A stretch of DNA of 64,000 bases. Source: Candidatus Zhuqueibacterota bacterium. GTDB lineage: Bacteria; Zhuqueibacterota; Zhuqueibacteria; Thermofontimicrobiales; Thermofontimicrobiaceae. The first letter of the stretch is position 1, and each line of letters opens with the position of its first letter. The DNA lies in contig JBMOPW010000014.1 of assembly GCA_049322915.1 (NCBI GenBank), positions 1 through 64,000 on the forward strand, given 5' to 3'. This document shows positions 55,663-64,000 of the stretch, one piece after another. The translations under genes were made by a program, and so were the position numbers. The notes beneath the pieces are model-generated. The model was not told where the DNA came from and ran no database searches. It saw only the letters and a list, made by a program, of their open reading frames with translations.

Positions 55663-56254
55663 CTTTTCGGAATTCCCTATCTTGAAGTAAAATATTCTTT
55701 AGGTTCCGCCTTCCATTCTGGATATGACTCTTCACTTTCCCGACCTCAAATCCGGTCGTGTCAGCGATATCCCTGTATGATTTCTTTTCGAAATAAAAAA
55801 GCAAGAGGCATTGGCGCTGCGCTTCAGTCAGTTGATTTAATGCGGCATGTACTTTCGATTCGATATCGCTTTGACCACTATTAAGAGTATCAAAGTCTTC
55901 AAATTCCATAAAAATATTTTTAAATTTTTCAGTTTTTTTCTGCTGAATATTTTCCTTCGTTTTATTTTTTCGAAGGTTATAGAGGCAAAAATTTTTTGTA
56001 ATTGAATACAACCAGCTACTAAAATTGGTCACCGGTTGTATTTTCAGCTTGGTCATGACTTTTTCGAAGATTTCCAGAACCGCATCCTTGCTGTCTTCCT
56101 CATTCCCGAAATATTTCAGGCAGGCGCCATAAACAAGGTGACAATAGCGCTGAAACAGCTCTTCAAAAGCAGCAATATCGCCGTGATCCCTGAACATCTG
56201 AACCAGTTCACGATCAGTTTTTTTCGTCATGAAATTTTTAAAATAGAATCGCAC
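55655..56254 (-). CDS. ECF RNA polymerase sigma factor
   Basis: Region 2 (AFEELFQRY...DSKDAVLEIF...FSSWLYSITKN) and region 4 (SYRDIADTTG...VKSHIQNGRRNLK). Confidence 0.95.
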   Translation of the reverse strand: MRFYFKNFMTKKTDRELVQMFRDHGDIAAFEELFQRYCHLVYGACLKYFGNEEDSKDAVLEIFEKVMTKLKIQPVTNFSSWLYSITKNFCLYNLRKNKTKENIQQKKTEKFKNIFMEFEDFDTLNSGQSDIESKVHAALNQLTEAQRQCLLLFYFEKKSYRDIADTTGFEVGKVKSHIQNGRRNLKNILLQDREFRKDE

Positions 56255-56447
56255 TGATTGTTCTCCGTTTTCGCTGGCGCATGAATTTAGTATAATAAAA
56301 AATTAGTCTCGATGCAAGATTTAAAAATAAATTTATGGAAAATCACTTTATCTTGCATCTATATAATGCATCCTAATTTTTAGCGAACAACCGTCTATAA
56401 AATAAATAGTACGGTATCAGTTCGAAATAAACTGACGGAGGAGAACC

Positions 56448-59400
56448 ATGTCACAAAAATGCTTTCATTTTTTGCTGGCAGCCTGTCTGCTGTTCCCGAT
56501 AGATGGCTACGGATTTGATAAGCAGGCGAAAACAAAAGCATCATCCACGCTGATAAAGCGTGATTCAGCCGTGATTGACGCCAACCAAATTTCAATGGTG
56601 GTGATGAACAATGGTACATTTGGCCGCGATCCGATGTCAGGAAGCGGAGCATTTTTCTTTCCAAAAGGAACGGATAAAAAATTACTCTATACGGCAGGAA
56701 TAGAAATCGCCGGAAAAGTGAACGGAGACATTCGAACTGCCTGCGCAAATTATAATGTCGAATTTCAGCCAGGAAAAATTTTATCGACCGGAGTGGCAGA
56801 CGATCCTGATTTGGAGAAATATCGAATTTACAAAATCAAACCGGGCGATTCCGCAGATCCGGCAAGTCCGAATTATAACATCGATTATGCCGAGTGGCCT
56901 GTCGAGGATGGCGCGCCGGTGGACGCGTCGGGAAGTCCGCTTATCCTCGGCGACCAGACGATGTGGCTCGTCATGAATGATGCAAATGAAAGCCTTCACT
57001 CCGGCTGCTATAACACAGAGCCGTTCAACCTTGAATTGCAGTTGCTGGTCTGGGCGTTCGACGATGAATCGACTGCAATGGGTAAAACTGTTTTTATGCA
57101 ATACACGCTGATCAATAAAAGCCAGAATTCTATCGAAGATGCCTATGTCGGGATTTGGTCTGACGCAGATGTGGGCGACTCCTTTGATGACGCCCTTGCC
57201 TGCGATACCACGCTGGATTTGACCTATGCCTACAATGGAGATGATAGCGATATGATGTACGGGACTGATATCCCGGCTGTTGGGATATGTTTGCTGCAAG
57301 GCCCTGCTGTGCCTTCCATCGGCGAAACAGCATTTCAATTTTTGCATATTCCAGTTTTGAACGCGCGGAATTTAAACATGACCTCAACCAGCGTCTATTA
57401 CTGAGCGCACGAACGATTCAGGGATCCTGAATATACGAGTCGCGGTGCGATTCAATTGTATGGCAATTTTGAAGGATTGGATTTTTTAGGCGATCCAACA
57501 GTCGATTTGTCTACTGGAGAGAATTCTCCTTTTATGAACAGCGGGAATCCTGTTTTTAATACCGGCTGGCTGCAGGACCTCTATATGAAGCCGTGCGATT
57601 TATATTTCCTGCAGGGCAGCGGTCCATTCTCACTCGCGCCTTTGGATACGCAGCGCGTTGTTTACGCAATCATTGTTGGTCATGGAGAAACACGACTGGA
57701 GAGCGTACTGGAATTGAAGCGCAATACAAATTTTATCAGGGATGTCTTTCGCAATGAATTTCAGATGAAAGCCTGGACAGAAACCGAGGTGCGCGTACCC
57801 TCCCAATCCAGGATGGAAATGGCGATTCGGTCAAAGGTGGAAACTGAGGTTGGTACTCAGTCCATTCAGGCGGATTTGCTCACGTACAGCGATTCCCTCG
57901 TCCGAACCATTGATCTGTACGACGATGGGACCCATGGCGATGCTCTAGCCAGCGATTATATTTTTAGCCATGCGCTGACGCTTGATGCGTTGCACCAGGC
58001 GCTTTACATCAACCTTCGAATCAAAGCCGTAAGCGGGAAAGAATATTCTTTCTTGCACGCTGCTGAAGACATCGCTGCGATTTATCCCGATGTTTTTATC
58101 TCTGAAATTGATGTGGCTGCGGATCATTTGAACAATGATGGAAAAATCAACCCCGGCGAGAATGTCCGATTATGCTTCCAGATTAAAAATGAACTGCCTT
58201 TTCCCATCACGTCATTGAATGTGCTGGTGCTACTGGATACGGCTCTTGTACAGGGCAATCCGGAGCATTTCTTTTTTAAGAATGTCGGGATGAATGAATT
58301 TGCGGAGATGGACTATGATCCAAATGACGAGTCGAGCTTTTATGAATTGGATGTCTCTCCGAATTTCCTGGCAGAAAATCCGTCAAATGACAGGATTGAT
58401 TTGAATGTCAAGTTCTATGTCAATGAACATCATATCTGGGATCAGAAATTCACCGTCTCATTGTCGGTTCAACCGCTGGAGCATATTCCCAATCTGGTAA
58501 TCCCTGCCCATATTTCCGGCTATAGCAGCGCCACGTTTGAAATCAGCGTCATCGATCCTGATCAGCTTACCGGGCATACCTATGCAATTACTGTGAGTGA
58601 TTCCATCAATGAGAACGGCGATCCGGGCTTCAATCTCATCGATCAAACATTGGGAGATACTTTGCTCAAACGTCACGAATTGCCGGACACCTATGCCTAC
58701 AATATTCCTATCACAGATGGATTTAAAGTGACCAGAGCCGTTCTGCCCGAAGTAGAACTCAGCGGGCATTTCGAGTCTTATTCCGGAGATGATTTGCGGC
58801 CATTTTATGGGATTAGCTACGACGCCAGTCTGTCGCCATCGATGGTGACATTCGGCGACGCGATCCCTGAACATTATTGCCCGGTGGAAATCGAATTCAC
58901 CAATCGCGTTGATTCCAGCGGTGTGGTTGGCGCTCTGCTTGGCCAGAGTGGATTTCAGCACACGGTATCTCCGCTGCACGGCATAGTCGGATTTTTCCCC
59001 TGTGGAATCAATGTCTGGAAAATTGTCAATAATCAAAGAGCCGGACGGTTGAACATCATCTTCCAGGAAGAATCGCCGTCGCTGCCAGCCTACGATGAAA
59101 CCTGGACTCCCGGCGAATGGCTTTATATCATGGCCAGCAATTACGATGCAACCGGGCAATTGTATCTGGGATTGACGGAAATTCCAATGGGCAGTCTGCT
59201 TTATAAAATGAATCTTTCTTTGAGAAGAGCGGAAAGCGCCGCCGGCATCGGGGATAAATTATATTTTGAACGTTGCTTTCTACCCACAGTTGACGATATG
59301 TGGTTATTCTCTCCCACAAACATTCTGGATGATGGGAATCGGCTTCCGACGCGATTTGAGTTGTACCAGAATTACCCCAATCCATTCAATCCCACGACCA

Positions 59401-59627
59401 CAATTCGATTTTCGATTCCGAAGCAATCACAGGTCAGTTTGAGAGTTTACAACATCCTGGGACAGGAGGTCGCGGACCTGTTCAATCGTATTGCTGGGCC
59501 CGGCGACTATGCTGTGAACTGGAATGGAAAAGATCGGTTCGGGCGGTCAGTTGTTTCAGGTATTTATTTTGCCAGATTTGAGACAAGTGCCGGGACGAGG
59601 TTGATAAAAATGGCGTTGATTCGATAG
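56448..59627 (+). CDS. secreted protein with T9SS/FlgD-type C-terminal domain; single 1059-codon frame interrupted by an in-frame TGA at 57402-57404 (recoded or pseudogene)
   Basis: ORFs 56448-57404 and 57456-59627 are in the same frame with only TGA between them. Homology to 59654-62875 runs across the stop. Signal peptide, GGAGGAG RBS, choice-of-anchor-X-like LYDDGTHGD, and C-terminal QNYPNPFNP. Confidence 0.8.
57402..57449 (+). other. in-frame UGA plus candidate bacterial SECIS element
   Basis: TGA, 11 nt, then ATTCAGG-GAT-CCTGAAT (57416-57432); lower stem CGCAC (57406-57410) with GTGCG (57445-57449). Confidence 0.45.
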
Positions 59628-59653
59628 TTATAAAAAATCAAGGGAGAGAAAAA

Positions 59654-62600
59654 GTGAAATACAAAATATTTCTTCTGATATTAGCCTTTCATTCATTTGT
59701 TTTCTCGGAAGAAAATAAAATCAATTCGCTGAAGAAACCTGCGGTCTACTCCTCCAAATATTTTGACGTCAACAGAATTGTCTGTTCGGTGCATAACGAC
59801 GGCATTATTGCCAGGCACCCCATCAGCGGGAACAGCGATTTTAAATTTGACGACGATTACCTGGTTTACACCTCCGGCCTGTGGCTGGCCGCCAAAGTGA
59901 ACGGCGCAGTCAGGGCTTCGGCGGCAGATTTCAACACGGACTGGATTGGCGGCGCCATCGATGAATTTGGGAATCCGTTCGGCAAGGAAGACTCCACGTT
60001 CCGCGTTTACAAAATTTCCCGCGGGGATAATGCGGCCACAAACCCGGATTACGCGCAGTGGCCGTCGCAGTTGGGAGCGCCAACCGATGCCCAGGGCAAT
60101 CCGCTGATCTTGGGCGATCAAACACTGTGGTGCAGTTTCACGGATGCGTTCGTCGATGAAAGGATTTGGTACAATATCTGTCCACCGTTAGGCGCAGAGG
60201 TTCATTTAATGGTTTGGGGCTGGAACGAAGTTGATAACGCAATTTTTGTTCGATATGAAATTATCAATAAAAGCGCTGCAATATGGGAAGATACATACTT
60301 TGGTATGTATTCGGATCCTGATGTGGGTGACGCCAACAACGATTTAACCGGGAGCGACAGCACGTTGAGCCTTGTTTACTGTTACGATAATGAAAAGACC
60401 AATTATTATAATAGTAATTATTCTGTGGGGTATGTTTTGTTGGAATCCCCACTAATTCCTTCGACGGGCGATACAGCATTCACCTGGTGGGGCAGAAGAT
60501 TTGATTTTCAAAATGCGCCAATTTACGCGCCGCGCATAGAAAAACACGATTCATATGGATGGGGAGAGGTTAGTTATACATCGAGTGAAACCGCTACCCA
60601 AATTTACAATCGGCTGCAATGTTTGAGTTACAAGGGAGAGCCTGCCATTAATCCAGTAACAAATCTACCGACAAAATGGACTTATTCGGGCGAACCTGTC
60701 ACAGAGACTGGCTGGATCGATAATATTTATCCTCCACGGGACAGGCGAATGATGCTGTCCACAGGGCCGGTCACACTGGCTCCGGGCGATACAGCCGCAA
60801 TCACACTGGCGATTATGGCGGTTCAGCGCAACAAAACAATGGATACGATCGTGGATGTGAAGAGCAATGCTGGGGCGGCGCTGGAGGCCTTTCAAAATGG
60901 CGCCGGCTTATATTCGGAAAAAAAATATGCACCGCCTGGTCAGCAGGGGCTGCTCGTACCAATTCGATTGCTGAATTTTCGGGAATTAGAGAAGCTGGAA
61001 TTTACAATTCGTTGGGAAAAGGAAAAACTGATTTTTCGTGACATCGAACCGGTCAATCGAGCGAAGAATTTTTCTGTGAACTCGGATCAGATCAACCCAG
61101 GAACGACGCGCGTTGAATTGGTGAATCCTGTCTCGGAAGCACTTTCTGTCGGAAATGGAGAGATATTTCAAATCGAATTTGATGTTGCCGTGAATGGGGA
61201 AAGCGAGTTGGTTGATTTTCGAATTAGCAACACGAGCGCAATGGACATCGATGGAAATTTACTAAATCTGAAATCAATCACTAACACAATCGAGATTGAG
61301 CAAATGCATCCGCCGCCGCGGTTGTACACGCCGCCCAATGGTCACTATCTGGATGGAATGAATGTTCAATTCTCCTGGTCGCGAGCCGGAAAAGATAGTG
61401 AAAACTTCACGTACCTGAAATTCGAAAATGATACATGGTCAAAAGTGACAGTTTTTGATACGACCCTGACCATGCCCATGAGGGAATTTGTTTTCAATTC
61501 GAACAGGCCGGATCCAATTGGCTGGTATGTGGCAGTGATGGACTATTCCGAGCCTCTGCTGTCTGTGGAAAAATATTATTTCAGCGTCCCTTCTGTTGAG
61601 GAGTTGAGTTTTGCGCGCCAAATAGTGGAATGCGATATTTCAGATACGACCATTGCCTGGCCGAGAGTGGAAAAATTAGCCATTCAGCTTCCCTACTTTT
61701 ATCTCATCAAGGCGATAGATTTAGGAACGGAGCGTTATGAGCTAACCGTACTTCGACTTTCTCAAAATAATTTCCAACTGGTGAATAAGCAGGATCTGTC
61801 TCCGTTTCTTTTTGATGGGCAATTGATCGTTTCGGGAGACAGGGCATTTTCGTATTATAACAGCCTCATTTACATGTATACCATCAACCAAAATCAGCAA
61901 TTCGTTTTTGATAAATATGCGACCGTGGATTCTCCCATCGGTGTTCTTTTGAAAAATGAAGAGTATTTTTACATTCTCTCGAAGGAAAATTCAGCGCCTA
62001 ACATATTAATCTATAAAGTGAATGAATGGGGAGACCTGGTAAAACTGAGTGAAATTTCCCTGGCTGGCTGGTCCGATGAAACAAGAGAGAGCTCGGGAGA
62101 AGCCATTCGCCTGAAAGACGGGCGGTTGTTTGTGGCCTACGGCGACTGGGGAATTTTCGATGTGTCCGATCCGGGTGCGCCACAGTTATTGGTGCGGTGC
62201 GATATTCCTGATGAGGCAGCGTCCATTGACTACGAAGATGGCAAGGTATATGTCGGTGGTGATAATTACTGGTTGGGTATTTATGACATAACTTCATCTG
62301 AAAATCCGCTGCTTGTTTATAGCGAAACGGTCGAGGATTCGTGGAATGATTGGGCCAAACATCTATCTGTTTATGAAGGAAAGGTATACCTGCATGACCG
62401 ATGGAGAATGCAGGTTTGCCATTATGAACCGGGCAGGGGATTCGTCATCGATGGAATTTTCAATCAGCGCGAATTAGTAAAAATGTTTCAGGATCGAATC
62501 TATGTTATCGACTGGCGATGGGATTGGCAAACGACAATCAGCATCTATGAAAACAGTTTTGTTTCTCGGTGTAATTCGAAGGAAAATGGGGATGCAGTGA

Positions 62601-62875
62601 AGTTCAATTTGGTACAAAACTACCCCAATCCATTCAACGACCGAACGCAAATACATTTTGATGTAGAGAGAACCGCCCAGGTCGCAGTGACGATTTACAA
62701 CATTCATGGCCAAAAAGTAAAAACGTTGCTTGCCGAAGTGAAAGCAGCCGGCAGCCATAGACTGGAATGGGATGGGAAAAATGATGCCGGGCGAACAGTC
62801 GCATCCGGGGTGTATCTGTGCGAGTTGCGCGCCAGTGATCGTTCCAGCATAAAAAAAATATTGCTTTTAAAATGA
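59654..62875 (+). CDS. secreted paralog of the upstream gene with cohesin-like and LVIVD-like propeller regions and T9SS/FlgD-type C-terminal domain
   Basis: Shared N-domain (YKISRGD...NPDYAQWP...GAP...PLILGDQTLW, SDPDVGD); FDVSDPGAP repeats; QNYPNPFN...WDGKNDAGRTVASGVY. Confidence 0.85.
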   Translation: MKYKIFLLILAFHSFVFSEENKINSLKKPAVYSSKYFDVNRIVCSVHNDGIIARHPISGNSDFKFDDDYLVYTSGLWLAAKVNGAVRASAADFNTDWIGGAIDEFGNPFGKEDSTFRVYKISRGDNAATNPDYAQWPSQLGAPTDAQGNPLILGDQTLWCSFTDAFVDERIWYNICPPLGAEVHLMVWGWNEVDNAIFVRYEIINKSAAIWEDTYFGMYSDPDVGDANNDLTGSDSTLSLVYCYDNEKTNYYNSNYSVGYVLLESPLIPSTGDTAFTWWGRRFDFQNAPIYAPRIEKHDSYGWGEVSYTSSETATQIYNRLQCLSYKGEPAINPVTNLPTKWTYSGEPVTETGWIDNIYPPRDRRMMLSTGPVTLAPGDTAAITLAIMAVQRNKTMDTIVDVKSNAGAALEAFQNGAGLYSEKKYAPPGQQGLLVPIRLLNFRELEKLEFTIRWEKEKLIFRDIEPVNRAKNFSVNSDQINPGTTRVELVNPVSEALSVGNGEIFQIEFDVAVNGESELVDFRISNTSAMDIDGNLLNLKSITNTIEIEQMHPPPRLYTPPNGHYLDGMNVQFSWSRAGKDSENFTYLKFENDTWSKVTVFDTTLTMPMREFVFNSNRPDPIGWYVAVMDYSEPLLSVEKYYFSVPSVEELSFARQIVECDISDTTIAWPRVEKLAIQLPYFYLIKAIDLGTERYELTVLRLSQNNFQLVNKQDLSPFLFDGQLIVSGDRAFSYYNSLIYMYTINQNQQFVFDKYATVDSPIGVLLKNEEYFYILSKENSAPNILIYKVNEWGDLVKLSEISLAGWSDETRESSGEAIRLKDGRLFVAYGDWGIFDVSDPGAPQLLVRCDIPDEAASIDYEDGKVYVGGDNYWLGIYDITSSENPLLVYSETVEDSWNDWAKHLSVYEGKVYLHDRWRMQVCHYEPGRGFVIDGIFNQRELVKMFQDRIYVIDWRWDWQTTISIYENSFVSRCNSKENGDAVKFNLVQNYPNPFNDRTQIHFDVERTAQVAVTIYNIHGQKVKTLLAEVKAAGSHRLEWDGKNDAGRTVASGVYLCELRASDRSSIKKILLLK

Positions 62876-62918
62876 TTGTTTGTCATATTGCTGCCGGGAA
62901 CTGAATTTGAGGCGCGAT

Positions 62919-63944
62919 ATGATTCACATAGATGGTTCTTTTGGCGAGGGCGGCGGACAAATTTTACGGACATCGCTCAGTTTATCGCTATTGACTGGCA
63001 GATCATTCGAGATAAAAAATATTCGGGCGAATCGCAAACGGTCCGGACTGATGGCTCAACACCTGAGCAGCGTGGAAGCGGCGCGGTTGATAGGCAAAGG
63101 AACTGTGCGCGGCGCCAGTTTGAATTCGACGCATCTAGTTTTTGAGCCGGGGGCAGTGCAGCCAGGCAGCTATTCCATCGATATTCCCACGGCTGGTGCG
63201 ACAACTCTCGTTTTGCAAACGATCTATCTGCCGCTTGCGTATGGCCGATCAGAATCGCGCGTGACGATCGCGGGCGGCACACACGTTCCGTGGAGTCCGT
63301 GTTTTCATTATCTGAAATATCAATGGCTGCCTGCAATGGAGAAGATCGGTCTTAAAATGAACCTGGAAATGGATCGCGCCGGATTTTTTCCTGAAGGTCA
63401 GGGCGCAATTCGGGCATCCATATTTCCGGTGGACAAAATACGCGGACTGGAATTGACAGAGCGACGAGGGCCGGTGCGGGTTATCGGAATTTCTGCTGTG
63501 GCAAATCTGAATCGCAATGTGGCAGAGCGTCAAAAACAGCAGGCGCTGAAGAGGCTGAAATCCGCCGGATTCGATGCTGAAATCGAAATCGAGAGCATGC
63601 CATCGAAGTTCAAAAATACAATGTGTCTGATTCAGCCCAGGTTTGAACAGTGCAGCGGATGTTTTACAGCGCTTGGCGCCATCGGCAAACGGGCCGAGAA
63701 AGTGGCTGATGAGTCGGTGGCCGTGGCGTTGGAATATCTTCGCGGGAATGGTTGTGTGGATAAATACCTGGCCGATCAACTCATTCTGCCGTTATGTTTC
63801 GGCTCAGGAAAATCGACCTTCACGACGCCGCAGATCACGGAACATCTGCGGACGAATATCGCCATCATAAAGAAATTTCTTGAGATTGAAATTCGTCTCG
63901 AAAATGATGGCGACCAAAATACTCGCATTATTATCCAGAAATGA
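62919..63944 (+). CDS. rtcA: RNA 3'-terminal phosphate cyclase
   Basis: IDGSFGEGGGQILRT, IRANR, GGTHVPWSP, YLADQL and active-site TEHLRTN motifs. ATG 62919 follows GAGG. Confidence 0.95.
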   Translation: MIHIDGSFGEGGGQILRTSLSLSLLTGRSFEIKNIRANRKRSGLMAQHLSSVEAARLIGKGTVRGASLNSTHLVFEPGAVQPGSYSIDIPTAGATTLVLQTIYLPLAYGRSESRVTIAGGTHVPWSPCFHYLKYQWLPAMEKIGLKMNLEMDRAGFFPEGQGAIRASIFPVDKIRGLELTERRGPVRVIGISAVANLNRNVAERQKQQALKRLKSAGFDAEIEIESMPSKFKNTMCLIQPRFEQCSGCFTALGAIGKRAEKVADESVAVALEYLRGNGCVDKYLADQLILPLCFGSGKSTFTTPQITEHLRTNIAIIKKFLEIEIRLENDGDQNTRIIIQK

Positions 63945-64000
63945 CTATGCCTTCAATACCAGGATCAGGCTATCGTTAGCGTCCAATTGTAACGTCTGTC

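Noticed and set aside
57402..57404. Genome-wide UGA reassignment (code 4 or 25)
   Set aside because: TGA terminates conserved genes at their normal ends (mnmG, rsmG, rtcA, ECF sigma), and no other gene is interrupted.
57456..59627. 723-aa ORF as an independent gene
   Set aside because: It has a TTG start without an obvious RBS, begins mid-domain relative to the paralog, and has a secretion C-terminal domain but no signal peptide.
591..63870. Numerous short ORFs antisense to or nested in long genes
   Set aside because: These are shadow ORFs of well-supported genes with no independent motifs or RBS evidence.

Overview
This is a bacterial chromosomal window spanning the replication origin. The gene content suggests an FCB-superphylum diderm such as KSB1 or Calditrichota; this is inference, not a database result. 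From the left: a bipartite oriC around dnaA (DnaA boxes and a DnaA-trio array), rpmH-rnpA-yidD-yidC-mnmE-mnmG-rsmG with two perfect parS sites, murQ, mfd, three parvulin/SurA chaperones, and DUF4159/DUF4175/TPR envelope genes. These are followed by a 4457-aa secreted Ig-repeat protein, a BatA/vWA gene, hflX, an NtrC-family regulator, a beta-propeller protein and a plsC-(DAK2/DegV fusion)-plsY lipid operon. The most interesting region is 51.3-62.9 kb. There, an ECF sigma / zinc anti-sigma pair sits upstream of a caspase-like CHAT protease that is split into two separately exported, order-permuted halves. Divergent from it are two paralogous secreted proteins with T9SS-like C-termini. The first is interrupted by one in-frame TGA followed 11 nt later by a SECIS-like hairpin, making it a candidate novel secreted selenoprotein, or else a nonsense lesion. 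rtcA ends the window. No rRNA, tRNA, CRISPR array or transposase was recognised.
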